Shown here piece by piece: positions 38,981 to 50,142 of a DNA stretch of 64,000 bases. Both the position numbers and the translations under genes were made by a program. Origin of the DNA: Gemmatimonadota bacterium (GTDB taxonomy: Bacteria > Gemmatimonadota > Gemmatimonadetes > Gemmatimonadales > GWC2-71-9); NCBI GenBank assembly GCA_039588295.1, contig JBDHAB010000001.1, positions 320,001 through 384,000 of the forward strand. The letters are read 5' to 3'. Each line of letters starts with the position of its first letter. The first letter of the stretch is position 1. The notes below the pieces were generated by a model. It saw nothing but the letters and a program-made list of their open reading frames with translations, did no database searches and had not been told where the DNA came from.

Positions 38981-40431
38981 ATGACGTCGAAACCTGCCAA
39001 GATCCTCGTCGTCGACGACGATCGGGTCCAACTCACGGAGTTTCAGGCGCTGCTGGAGGCGAACGGCTATGTCGTCGCCGCGCTGCAGGACGGCGACGAA
39101 GTGCTCCCCGCGCTCGACAAAGAGCGTCCCGATCTCCTGCTCCTCGATATACTCATGCCCAAGATCGACGGGCTGAACGTCTTGAAGCTGGTCAAGCGTC
39201 ACGGGCAGTGGCGGGACATCCCGGTGCTCATGATTTCCTGTCTGTCGCCGGAAGAAGCGACCGTGGAGGCGCTCGAGTTGGGGGCATCGGACTTCATTGC
39301 GAAGCCGTTTCGACCCCAGGAGCTCGTTGCCCGCATCGAGGCGCAGTTGCGGGCCGGTCGCGCGTTGCGGGAGGCACGGCTCGAGGCGCGTCAGCGGGCG
39401 GGCGAAGCAGCGATTCAGGCGGAGATGCTGGACATACTGCACGAGGTCACCGCCGCCTTTGCGCCCGTGGAGATCTACCGCGTGCTGGCGCGGCGCGTCG
39501 CGAATGCGCTCAGCTTGGCCCGGTGCTCCGTCGTGCTCGCGAAGCACGGCGACCCGTTTGGCCGAGTGGTTGTTGCGGCCGAAGAGCCGTCGGTTCGAGA
39601 TCTCGAGGTGCGCCTAGATCGCTATCCAGAGATCGTGCGGGCGCTGGAGACCAACCGCGCCGTCCTGGTTCACGACGTGCACAGCGACCCGTTGTATGCG
39701 GAGATCCGAAAGGAGTGGGACCGCACCGGCACCGCGGTTTCGACCCGCTCGGTCATTGCGATCCCGTTCAGCGTGCGTGGTGTGCAATCGGGAGTATTCT
39801 TCCTGCGGACCATCGAGAACGAAGCCGCGCTCACCGGGGAAGATGTCGTGTTCGCCGAGCGTGTGGTGCATACAGCGGTGAGCGTGGTTGAGAAGGCCTA
39901 CGCGCTGGAGGCTGCTCGGTCCGCGAAAGAGCGCTATGAAATCCTCGCTTCCACGGATCCGCTCACGGGTTGTCTCAACCGGCGGGCGCTGAGCGATCGT
40001 CTCGAAGATGAGCTGGAGCGCGCGCAGCGCTATGCCTTGGCACTGAGCGTGCTGATGGTCGACATCGACGACTTCAAGCAGGTCAATGATGCCCATGGCC
40101 ACCGGGCGGGCGATGAGGTGCTGCGGGATTTCGGAGATCTGCTCCGTCGCGAGGTCCGGGGGGTGGACGTCGTCGCGCGCTACGGCGGTGACGAGTTCGT
40201 GGTCATCCTTCCGGAGACCAGCCTCCCGGGAGCGGTATCCTCGGCCGAGCGCATTAGAAAGCGCATCGCCGAGCACGTGTTCACCGCGGGTGAGGCAACG
40301 CAGCCCATTACGGTGTCGATCGGCTTGGCCACGGCTGCGGTCGGTGAAGCGGCGGCTCCCCACGACCTGTTGGCCCGGGCCGATTCCGCTCTGTTCAGCG
40401 CCAAGGAAACGGGCCGCAACTCGGTACGATC

Positions 40432-40435
<4 letters not shown>
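38981..40435 (+). CDS. Diguanylate cyclase, REC-GAF-GGDEF
   Basis: LVVDDD, LLLDILMP and KPF in REC; DPLTG, DIDDFKQVND, RGVD I-site and RYGGDEF. Confidence 0.92.
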
Positions 40436-41499
<1,064 letters not shown>

Positions 41500-41539
41500 G
41501 CGCTCAGCGGTACGTCCCGCCCCATGGGAGGGGCATGCT

Positions 41540-42382
41540 TCATGGAGTTTCGAAGCGGCGAAAATCGATGTCAGGATTGACCACGACATCGGAGATCACG
41601 AGCGCCTTGGTGCGCTTGCCGGACATGGTTATCCAGTCTCGTCGGACGACGTAGGGATACTGAAGCGATCCGGCACGCTGCGTCTCGCCCCAGAGCAGTC
41701 GATTCAGCGATGTGCTTCCTTCCTCAACATATGTCACTTCGTGTGGAAACGGGTGCCCAGGTGCGAAGTAGTAGGTGAAGACATCTTGATGCTCGCCGAC
41801 TCCGACCCCGAACGAGACGCCGACGGCGTGGTAGCGATCGTCGGCGGCCCGAGACGGTTCCGCCTCCCCATCCCACGCCGCTCCCGGCCGTTCGCGTACG
41901 CCGAGGTACGTGAGGTACACGCCGGGGTCTCGGAGCTTGAACGGCAATCCCATCCAATAGAACACGTCTCGAGCGACGTAGAGCGCCTCCCGGGCGTCCT
42001 TGACAGTATCCGGTAGTAGCACGCCGGCCATCGCGGCCCATGCAGGACCACTGCCGTTGAATCCCTGCTGGATGAAATCGGCGCCTTCCCAGCGCTCGAT
42101 TCGCGATGCTTCCCCGTGCGATCCGCGTTGGATCCAAACGTAGCGTGGGCGGGCTCGCTTCACCCGTCCGCTGACGGTGTCATGCAGGACCGTCGTCACT
42201 GTGAACGACGCTGAGCTGAACTGGTCGTACGTTTCCATGCCCCCGACGGCATCGATCCATGCTCCGACGAGCGAATCCGCGATCTGATCCCGGGCCGGGG
42301 TGTCTTGTTGTGCCGCTGCGCCCGTAGTGCCGGCGCTCGTCAGGAGGGTTGCCACCGCAAGGAACCGGATGCTCGGAGACAT
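41540..42382 (-). CDS. Hypothetical exported protein
   Basis: Signal peptide (AAA-QQ); IDAVGG and YWMGLPFKLRDPGV. Confidence 0.7.
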   Translation of the reverse strand: MSPSIRFLAVATLLTSAGTTGAAAQQDTPARDQIADSLVGAWIDAVGGMETYDQFSSASFTVTTVLHDTVSGRVKRARPRYVWIQRGSHGEASRIERWEGADFIQQGFNGSGPAWAAMAGVLLPDTVKDAREALYVARDVFYWMGLPFKLRDPGVYLTYLGVRERPGAAWDGEAEPSRAADDRYHAVGVSFGVGVGEHQDVFTYYFAPGHPFPHEVTYVEEGSTSLNRLLWGETQRAGSLQYPYVVRRDWITMSGKRTKALVISDVVVNPDIDFRRFETP

Positions 42383-42491
42383 AGGACTCAACACCAGTGT
42401 GGATGAATGAGAGGAGATGCGACCGTCTTGCCCCTTCGGGTTCGGTCACGGATATTAGGCCCTGCCTCTTTGTGGAGCAACACGCCTCTCC

Positions 42492-43577
42492 ATGAGACGG
42501 TTTCCGACCTATGACCCTCCGGAATACGCTGAGTGGCTTCCGGATCCTAAGCTCGTTGCGGCGTTCGGCGCGACGCTGGAGCGTGAGCCGGAGCGCAAGG
42601 CTATTCTCGAAGGGTTGGATCGTGACGCCCTGCTTCGCGTTTACGCCGCGATGGTGCGGACCCGTCTGCACGATGTGATGCTGAAACGGTGGGTGCATCA
42701 AGGCATCATATCGAAGGCATGGCTCGGAACGGGCGAGGAGGCGGCAACCATTGGGCCCGTTCACGCCGTCGATCGGTCGGTAGACGTCGTTGCCCCGATG
42801 ATTCGCAACGCGGGGGCATGCTGCGAGATGGGGATGTCGGTCGCCGACATGCTGCGCGGGTATCTCGGCACGTACGATTCGCCGTCGAAGGGACGTGACG
42901 GTCACGTCGGGGGCCTGGCACACCGGGTGCTGCAGCCGATTTCCAACATCGGGAATATGCCTGCCGTCACGATTGGGATCGCACTGGCGCTCAAGATGCA
43001 GCGCAACCCCGGCGTAGCGTTGACCTGGGTCGGCGACGGTTCGGTCAAATCGGGTCCGACACACGAGGCATTCAACTTCGCCGCCGTGCAGCGGCTACCC
43101 GTCGTCTTCGTGATTCAAAACAACCAAATTGCACTAGGCACCTTGCTGCGCCTGTATCATCGGGCGGCCGACTTCAGCGAGATCCACAAGGCATATGGAT
43201 GTGCCGGGTGGTCATTCGACGGCAACAATGTGCTGGATGCGTATGCGGCTACGAAGCTGGCGGTGGACCGCTGCCGGGCGGGAGACGGGCCGGTGATTCT
43301 CTCCGGGAACACGTTCAGGATGGGAGGGCACGCAACGCATGACGAGCACGATGCCCGTCGCCTCATTCCCTCGGAGGTGTACGCGTATTGGGGAAAGCGG
43401 GATCCAATCGGATTGTTTGAGGAGTATCTGATCCATCAGGGGGTGCCGGCGGCGGAGCTGCACCGCGTCGAGACAGATGTGACGGCGGAGATCGATGATG
43501 CGGCGGCGGAGGCGCTCGCGAGTCGAGAGAGCAATATGCCGCCCCCCGAATCAGCGCTTGACGATATCTACGCATGA
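42492..43577 (+). CDS. TPP-dependent 2-oxoacid dehydrogenase E1 alpha subunit
   Basis: GDG...NN TPP motif (GDGSVK...IQNNQ), DGNNV, RMGGHATHD, DPI. Confidence 0.88.
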   Translation: MRRFPTYDPPEYAEWLPDPKLVAAFGATLEREPERKAILEGLDRDALLRVYAAMVRTRLHDVMLKRWVHQGIISKAWLGTGEEAATIGPVHAVDRSVDVVAPMIRNAGACCEMGMSVADMLRGYLGTYDSPSKGRDGHVGGLAHRVLQPISNIGNMPAVTIGIALALKMQRNPGVALTWVGDGSVKSGPTHEAFNFAAVQRLPVVFVIQNNQIALGTLLRLYHRAADFSEIHKAYGCAGWSFDGNNVLDAYAATKLAVDRCRAGDGPVILSGNTFRMGGHATHDEHDARRLIPSEVYAYWGKRDPIGLFEEYLIHQGVPAAELHRVETDVTAEIDDAAAEALASRESNMPPPESALDDIYA

Positions 43578-43626
43578 CAACAGGCCGTGGGCCCGGACAG
43601 GTCGTCCACGGTCAGAGGAGGTATCC

Positions 43627-44433
43627 GTGACCAATCGAACCCGCCTGGTGATTCTCGGTGTGGTCGCAGTCGTTGGTTCCGTCTCGCTACTGGGCAGATC
43701 CCAGAACTGGCTCGCGGCACAGCAGAGGGATTATCGGGCCCGGCTGGAAGCGGCGACGACGCATGGAGAGTGGGTGAAGTACGTTGGTGACGGGGGGGAT
43801 ACGGTGCGGGCATACCTCGCCTATCCGGAGCGTCCGGATGTCGCGCCGGCGATGATTGTGATCCATGAAATCTTCGGGCTCTCCGACTGGATTCGCACTG
43901 TCGTGGACGACTTCGCCGCACGGGGGTACGTGACCATCGCACCCGATCTCCTCACTCGTCGCGGCGGCACGACAGGAGCCGATGCGGCGCGGCGCATCAT
44001 CGCGGATCTCCCGCGCGATTCACTCACGGTCGACCTCGATGCGACGCTCGCATACGTCGGGTCGCTGAAGGCAGTGGACCCGGAGGCTGTCGGTGTTATC
44101 GGCTTCTGCTGGGGTGGGCGCCGCGCCTTTGACTACGCGACCAACAACCAGACCATCCAGGCCGCAGTCGTGTGTTATGGGTCGGCTCCCAGTCCCGAGT
44201 CCATGGGTCGTATTGCTGCGCCGATTCTCGGCGTCTATGCGGAGAACGATGCGCGCATCAATCGGGAGATTCCCGCCGTCGAGCAGGCGATGGCCGAAGC
44301 GGCAAAGGACTATCGGTATCGCATCTACCCGGGGACCGGGCATGGCTTCCTTCGCCGTGGGACGCCCGCGGATGAAGTTGAGCGGGCGTGGGAAGACATC
44401 TATCGATTCCTGGATGCGCAGCTAGCCCGGTAA
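43627..44433 (+). CDS. Dienelactone hydrolase family protein, exported
   Basis: IHEIFGL, APDL, GFCWGG, GHGF; GAGGAGG SD before GTG 43627. Confidence 0.9.
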   Translation: MTNRTRLVILGVVAVVGSVSLLGRSQNWLAAQQRDYRARLEAATTHGEWVKYVGDGGDTVRAYLAYPERPDVAPAMIVIHEIFGLSDWIRTVVDDFAARGYVTIAPDLLTRRGGTTGADAARRIIADLPRDSLTVDLDATLAYVGSLKAVDPEAVGVIGFCWGGRRAFDYATNNQTIQAAVVCYGSAPSPESMGRIAAPILGVYAENDARINREIPAVEQAMAEAAKDYRYRIYPGTGHGFLRRGTPADEVERAWEDIYRFLDAQLAR

Positions 44434-44472
44434 GCCGCAAGACCAACGTCTTGGTGGGGCGACGTTGTCGGT

Positions 44473-44507
44473 CGATGGAGGTGGATGCGCAGTATCCACC
44501 TCCATCG
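44473..44507. terminator. Long hairpin between convergent genes (probable bidirectional terminator)
   Basis: CGATGGAGGTGGATGC-GCA-GTATCCACCTCCATCG, 16-bp stem with one G-T pair. Confidence 0.6.
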
Positions 44508-44521
44508 TGTCACCGGGCCCA

Positions 44522-45901
44522 TCAGAAGTAATTACCCGTCCACACGATGTAGATGATGATGATCGCCACCGCAACGGGACAGAGAAATCGGATGAGGAAC
44601 GCCCACGCCGGTTTGAGTCCGAAAATCACCCCCTCCGTCTCGATTTCCGCCGCCGCACCACTCACGCCCCATCGGTACCCGACAAACAGCGCAAGCGCCA
44701 GGGAGCCGATCGACAACGAGTAGTTCCCGAAGATGATGTTCATGAGTGAGAGAAAATCGACTCCCACACCAGGCAACCGAGTGAAGAACCCCACGGCGCC
44801 CGACGCAAGCGCGGACGGAATGCCGAGCACTAGTGTGGCGAGAGTCGTTACGAGTACGGCCTTGCCACGGGACCAGCGGCGCTCGTCGATCAAGTACGAG
44901 ACTGGGACCTCGAGCAGCGAAATCGTGGAGGTGAGAGCGGCGATGGCAAGTAAGAGGAAGAAGGCGGCGCCAAACAGCTGTCCCGCCGGGAGGGTGGCAA
45001 ACAGTGTGGGCAGCACTTGGAAAACGAGCCCGGGTCCACCCGCCGGGTCGAGTCCGGCATGGAACAGGGCGGGGAAGATGATGAGTCCTGCGAGCAGCGC
45101 GATGAGCGTGTCGGCCAGACACACGATTCCGGCGGAGGAGACCAGATTGTCCCTTTTCCGGATGTAACTCCCGAACGTGATCATCGCCCCCATACCCAAG
45201 CTGAGGGAGAAGAAGGCCTGGCCGAGCGCGGTCGGCACAGTCTGCGCGCTGATTCTCGAGAAATCGGGGCGCAGGTAGAAACTGAGGCCCTCGCCGGCGC
45301 CCGACAGCGTGACCGAACGGATGGCCAGTGCCACGAGTAGGAACAGTAGAGCAGGCATCAGGATCTTGGCCATCAATTCGATGCCCCTCGCGACTCCTCG
45401 CCACACGATCAAGGCGGTCAGCACGAGGAATAACAGAAGCAGTCCACTGCCGATACGCCAATCGCCCGCGAAACTACTGAAGAGGGCGGTCGACTCCTCC
45501 GCAGTCATCTGTTGCGAGAAGCTCCCGCTGACCGTTTGGAAGAAGTATCCGAGCGTCCATCCAGCGATCACACCGTAGAACGAGAGGATCGCCACGCCGG
45601 TGATCACGCCAAGCATCCCAATGAGTGGCCACCAGCTACCCCGCGCGATCGCTGTAAACGCGCCGACGGGATTCCTCGATGTGTGTCTCCCGAGTGAGAG
45701 CTCGCCGATCATGACCGGAGCTCCGATGAGGAACACGAAGCCGAGGTAGATCAACACGAAGGCAGCTCCGCCGTTCTGGCCTGCTATGTATGGGAATCGC
45801 CAGATATTGCCGAGACCTATTGCCGAGCCTGTGGCGGCGAGAATGAACCCGACACGTGAAGTCCACTGGCCGCGCGCGGGGGACGCTACCGGAGCGGGCA
45901 T
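44522..45901 (-). CDS. Sodium-dependent transporter, NSS/SNF family
   Basis: GSAIGLGNIWRFPY, GGAAF, QAFFSLSLG, GPGLVF, AALTS. Confidence 0.95.
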   Translation of the reverse strand: MPAPVASPARGQWTSRVGFILAATGSAIGLGNIWRFPYIAGQNGGAAFVLIYLGFVFLIGAPVMIGELSLGRHTSRNPVGAFTAIARGSWWPLIGMLGVITGVAILSFYGVIAGWTLGYFFQTVSGSFSQQMTAEESTALFSSFAGDWRIGSGLLLLFLVLTALIVWRGVARGIELMAKILMPALLFLLVALAIRSVTLSGAGEGLSFYLRPDFSRISAQTVPTALGQAFFSLSLGMGAMITFGSYIRKRDNLVSSAGIVCLADTLIALLAGLIIFPALFHAGLDPAGGPGLVFQVLPTLFATLPAGQLFGAAFFLLLAIAALTSTISLLEVPVSYLIDERRWSRGKAVLVTTLATLVLGIPSALASGAVGFFTRLPGVGVDFLSLMNIIFGNYSLSIGSLALALFVGYRWGVSGAAAEIETEGVIFGLKPAWAFLIRFLCPVAVAIIIIYIVWTGNYF

Positions 45902-46027
45902 CGGCTATGTCTCCTACGAGGCGAGAAGTGTGGGAAGCTGGCCTGATCCATGGTTCTTGTCTAGATGCTATCGGGGAACGATTGACCTGAGGCGGCAGTT
46001 CCTGATGAGAGCGACGCTCGGATTCGG

Positions 46028-46654
46028 TCAACGGTACGCAGCATCGCCTCCCGCGCCCGCGCGGATCGCTTCCCACGCTGCTTCGAGGACCAGATCAGTG
46101 CGTTGGTCGCGCGCGCCCCATTCCTTCGAAATGATCCGTTGTACGCCAAGCAGTAGCAGCGTGAGCCAGACCTCGGACCATACTTCGACGGCGCCTGGCC
46201 TCAGTTCCCCTCGCGCCTTACCCGAGACGATTACGTCCTTCAAGCCCTGCTTCATGCCGGCGAACAGATCCCGGCTCTTCGGGTCCAGCAGCCCCTCGAG
46301 GTGCATGAAGAAGACGAGCTTCACTGCACCCGGGTCCCGGCCAGCTAGATCACACCAAGATCGCGCAACGAAGGCTAGATGGTCGCGGCAGCGCTCCGGT
46401 CGGTCGGTGGTCTTGATGGGAGTCGTGAGCGCACGCACCCCGGCACGATAGAGTTCGTTGAGAAGTTGGTGCTTGCTGGTGAAGTGCCGATAAATCGTTC
46501 CTTCGGCCACCCCGGCATGCTGCGCGATCATGGGGGTGGTAGTGGCGTGGTAGCCCTGCGTCGTGAAGAGTTCGATGGCGGCTCGTGCCACACGATCACG
46601 CGTGGCCCGGGGGTCCCGGCGCCGCTTCGGCGCGACTGGTCCAGGGTGGATCAT
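46028..46654 (-). CDS. TetR/AcrR family transcriptional regulator
   Basis: AAIELFTTQGYHATT..IAQHAGVAEGTIYRHFTSK. Confidence 0.92.
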   Translation of the reverse strand: MIHPGPVAPKRRRDPRATRDRVARAAIELFTTQGYHATTTPMIAQHAGVAEGTIYRHFTSKHQLLNELYRAGVRALTTPIKTTDRPERCRDHLAFVARSWCDLAGRDPGAVKLVFFMHLEGLLDPKSRDLFAGMKQGLKDVIVSGKARGELRPGAVEVWSEVWLTLLLLGVQRIISKEWGARDQRTDLVLEAAWEAIRAGAGGDAAYR

Positions 46655-46791
46655 GACCCTCTAGGGTAGCGCCGAGACGCGGCCCTGCCAAGCGGCGGCG
46701 GGGACGGCGTCGAGCCGTCGGTCACGTCGGTAGCTTCAAGCCCGACGGTTGGCGAGATTGTACCGGAAGCAGTGTCATAGGAGATCTCTGG

Positions 46792-47325
46792 GTGACGGAA
46801 CCAGGCGGGCTGCATTTCGAGAGGTTATGGGAGGAGGCGACCCCATACGATCGTTTCGTGGCGGCGGCGCAAGACCTTCGTGGACTGTGGGATGGTGTGT
46901 ATCGGACGGCTCGGATCCCGGCATGGGCGGTCGAGCGGGCGCGCGCAGGTGGACCTGCTCACTTGTTGATCATTACGGAAGACTGGTGTTGGGATGCCGC
47001 GAACACGCTACCCGTTATTGCGAAGCTCGCCGACGCCACGGGAGATATTGACCTGAAGGTGCTCGAGCGCGACGAATACCCCGAGGTAATGGATCAGTAC
47101 CTGACAAACGGGGCGCGCTCGATACCAATCGTGATCGCGCTCGACACCACCTTCCGCGAACTCTGCCACTGGGGGCCGCGTCCAACCGAACTCCAAGCGT
47201 GGGCGATGGAGAACAAGTCACGCCTCCCGCAGAAGGAGTTCTACGCGGAAATGCGTCGCTGGCTCGTCAGGGACAAAGGTGAATCGACGCTGCGGGAGGT
47301 TGTGGAGCTGCTTCAAAGGAGATGA
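46792..47325 (+). CDS. Thioredoxin-like protein (Thioredoxin_9 type)
   Basis: TEDWCWDA, RD, YLTNGARSIP, WGPRP. Confidence 0.85.
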   Translation: MTEPGGLHFERLWEEATPYDRFVAAAQDLRGLWDGVYRTARIPAWAVERARAGGPAHLLIITEDWCWDAANTLPVIAKLADATGDIDLKVLERDEYPEVMDQYLTNGARSIPIVIALDTTFRELCHWGPRPTELQAWAMENKSRLPQKEFYAEMRRWLVRDKGESTLREVVELLQRR

Positions 47326-47374
47326 ACCGAGGGGCAGGCCAGCGGATGGCCCTGCCCCTCGGGCACGGGGGAGG

Positions 47375-48688
47375 TCAGCATTGCTTCTGTAACACGCTCC
47401 GGAGCGTGGTCATCGCCCTCTCCACATCCTGGGCACTGAAGACCAGCGTAGGGCGAAACCGGATCGACCGAGGTCCACACGGAAGCGTGGCCAGGCCGGC
47501 ATCCCAACAGCGCTGGCGCAATGCATCGCGGGACTCCCCGTCCGAGAGATCGAACGCCAGCAGCAGCCCACGTCCACGTGCGTTGCTGATCTGATCGAAA
47601 TCTCCCTCCAGTCGCTGGAGTTCTGCCAGGAACAGCCGACCGACCGTTGCGGCGTTCTCGACCAGGTTGTCCTCCCGTATGATTTCTAGATAACGTGCAC
47701 AGCGCACCATGTCGACCAGGTTCCCTCCCCACGTCGAGTTGATGCGCGACGAGACATGAAACACGTTCTGCTCGATCTCGTCGATACGCCTGGTGCTCAT
47801 GATCCCGCAAACCTGTGTCTTCTTTCCGAACGCCACGATGTCCGGGGTGACACCGAGCTGCTGGAACGCCCACATGCTTCCGGTCACCCCCATACCCGTC
47901 TGCACCTCATCGAAGATGAGCATTGCGTCCCGTTCGTCCGCGATCCGACGGAGCTGCTGCAAGAACGCCGGACGGAAGTGGTGGTCGCCGCCCTCGCACT
48001 GGATCGGCTCGATGAGAATGGCGGCGATGCCGTGGGGGTCTTTCTCGAAGGCCTGATCGATCTCTGCGAGGGACTGAGCTTCTGCAGCTCCAACGGCCGC
48101 TTCGTCCACCGGAAATGCAAGCTTGGGATTGGAGACGCGCGGCCAGTCGAACTTGGGGAAGTCTGCGGTCTTGACAGGCTCAGTGTTGGTCACAGAGAGC
48201 GTGTAGCCGCTTCGCCCGTGGAACGCCTCACGGAAATGCAGGATCTTGTCAGCCCCGCCCGTGACGCCTCGTGCCCGGTTCTTGTGCGCCTTCCAGTCGA
48301 AGGCTGCCTTCATCGCGTTCTCGACCGCAAGAGCGCCGCCGGCGATGAAGAACAGGTAGCGAAACTCCTCCGGTACGGCGAGCGCCCGAAACGTCTGAAC
48401 GAAGCCCGCGAATTCCCGGGTGTATATGTCGCTGTTCGCGGGGTTGCTGAGCGCCGCGGAGAACAGCGCGTCGCGGAACCGTTGGTCGTCCATCTTTGGA
48501 TGGTTGTGTCCAATCGGTAGTGTGGCGAAGTACGAGTAGCAGTCGAGGTATTCCTTGCCCTCAAGCGCGTCGACGATGACCGACCCGTGCGACTTCCGCA
48601 GATCGATCACGATGTGGAACCCGTCGACCAAGATGTTGCCACGGAGCACGCCAAAGACCTGATCCGCGGACACGGTGATGTGCGTCAT
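47375..48688 (-). CDS. lat: L-lysine 6-aminotransferase (class III)
   Basis: PANSDIY, GALAVENAMKAAFDWK, AFHGRSGY, EPIQCEGGD, DEVQTG, FGKKTQVCG, SRINSTWGG. GGAGGAGG SD. Confidence 0.9.
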   Translation of the reverse strand: MTHITVSADQVFGVLRGNILVDGFHIVIDLRKSHGSVIVDALEGKEYLDCYSYFATLPIGHNHPKMDDQRFRDALFSAALSNPANSDIYTREFAGFVQTFRALAVPEEFRYLFFIAGGALAVENAMKAAFDWKAHKNRARGVTGGADKILHFREAFHGRSGYTLSVTNTEPVKTADFPKFDWPRVSNPKLAFPVDEAAVGAAEAQSLAEIDQAFEKDPHGIAAILIEPIQCEGGDHHFRPAFLQQLRRIADERDAMLIFDEVQTGMGVTGSMWAFQQLGVTPDIVAFGKKTQVCGIMSTRRIDEIEQNVFHVSSRINSTWGGNLVDMVRCARYLEIIREDNLVENAATVGRLFLAELQRLEGDFDQISNARGRGLLLAFDLSDGESRDALRQRCWDAGLATLPCGPRSIRFRPTLVFSAQDVERAMTTLRSVLQKQC

Positions 48689-48957
48689 GAGACCCTCCTC
48701 CAACGGAATCGCCTGGGACACCAGTGGTGGTCCCGCGAAACACCAAGCGTCCGGCCTGGCCGGGGCCTTGCCGTCGGCCCTAAGTCGTCGAGGGGTCTGG
48801 GGGTGCGAAGATGCCCGGGCGGGCCTTCCGCGGAAGGAGTCGGATCAACGGCCGCTTTAGGTGCATGTCGTAATCTAACCGATGCCGACTGCCAGCCGAG
48901 CTGGCCGACGGAGGCGGAGATACTCGGAGCCGCAGGGAAAGGCGTCTGCCTCCCCGC

Positions 48958-50142
48958 TCAAAAAGGCCATCTCGTGTGGACGTTCCAGATCACACCATCC
49001 GGGCCCAGGCCGGCGGTAAACCCGAGGATGCCACTCCGAAAGAACTGGGCGAAGAAACCCAGGCCGCCGCCGACCTTGACGTCTTCGGCCGTGAGCTTGA
49101 ACTCCCCTTGAGGGAACACGCGCCCGGCGTCCAGAAACGCAACGGCCGTGAACCGAAACAGAGTTGGCTGAGCCAGGAGGTCGTACCGCACATCGAGGTT
49201 CGCAAACAGCTTGTCTGCGTCCAGGAACCGTTCGTCCGGCAGAGCTCGGTGCGACTCTCCTCCTCCCACCCCGAGAAACGGCCGATCGCTGGCTTCGACG
49301 AGGTAGTACGACCCGAGCCGTGGGGCACCCCCCATCGACTGGCCGGCGATGCGTGCAGCGATGGTCAGATGGTGCCGCAGCGGGACGTACGCAGTTGCCG
49401 ACACCGTCGCCCTGGTATAACTCAGCGCTCCGGCAATCGTGGAGTCGGCGAACCCGAGAATGGCCTCGAGCAGTACTCCTCGCGTGGGAGCCGGCTCATC
49501 ATTGCGGGTATCGAAGACCAGCCCCACCCGGCCGGTGACGTCGCCGGTGTTGCGGCCGATGGTCGGATCCATGCCGGATGACGCGTCGGCCGCCAGTTGG
49601 CTCGCGCCGGAAAGGGTGTCGATGCGCCAACGCTCCGCGTGGATGCCGGCCAACACTCGGAGCCCCCCGACGATTCGACGTTGGATCTCACTCCGCGCAA
49701 TGAGCCGCTGGTTGTCCGAGCGGTAGAAGTGTGGTTGGGCGTCGCTGACGTTGGCGTCGTCGAACGCCGAAGTAATGCCAATGCCGAAGTACCCCTGTCG
49801 CGCGTCCCGCCTGGCCTCCAGACTCACCACGAAGCGCCACCCATCAATGAGCTGCGGCATGCGTGCCTCGAGACGCAGCCGCTTGCTCCCCGAAGTGGAG
49901 ATGTTGCCGTCGAGCGACAAGATGGCCCGGTATGGCGGCGGAGCATCCCAGTCGTCGTAGCCGAGTTGCTTGATTTGGGCGTAGTACAGACCCGTCCCGA
50001 GGCCTTCAGTCGGCGAGTAATACACCTTCGGAAACGCAAGGTCGACCCAGTCCGGCCCCAGCGTGGGCAGGTCGGGAATCTGGGCGGCACTCGGGCTCGC
50101 CAGTGTGATAGCCGCCGAGAGTACGACGACGGAACGCTTCAC
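48958..50142 (-). CDS. Omp85/BamA-TamA-type outer membrane beta-barrel without POTRA domains
   Basis: Signal peptide, amphipathic strands, FDTRN, FLDAGRV, C-terminal WPF. Confidence 0.75.
   Translation of the reverse strand: MKRSVVVLSAAITLASPSAAQIPDLPTLGPDWVDLAFPKVYYSPTEGLGTGLYYAQIKQLGYDDWDAPPPYRAILSLDGNISTSGSKRLRLEARMPQLIDGWRFVVSLEARRDARQGYFGIGITSAFDDANVSDAQPHFYRSDNQRLIARSEIQRRIVGGLRVLAGIHAERWRIDTLSGASQLAADASSGMDPTIGRNTGDVTGRVGLVFDTRNDEPAPTRGVLLEAILGFADSTIAGALSYTRATVSATAYVPLRHHLTIAARIAGQSMGGAPRLGSYYLVEASDRPFLGVGGGESHRALPDERFLDADKLFANLDVRYDLLAQPTLFRFTAVAFLDAGRVFPQGEFKLTAEDVKVGGGLGFFAQFFRSGILGFTAGLGPDGVIWNVHTRWPF

Noticed and set aside
48689..48957. Lysine riboswitch upstream of lat
   Set aside because: Conserved lysine-riboswitch elements (AGAGGUGC start, loop E and kink-turn motifs) are not seen.
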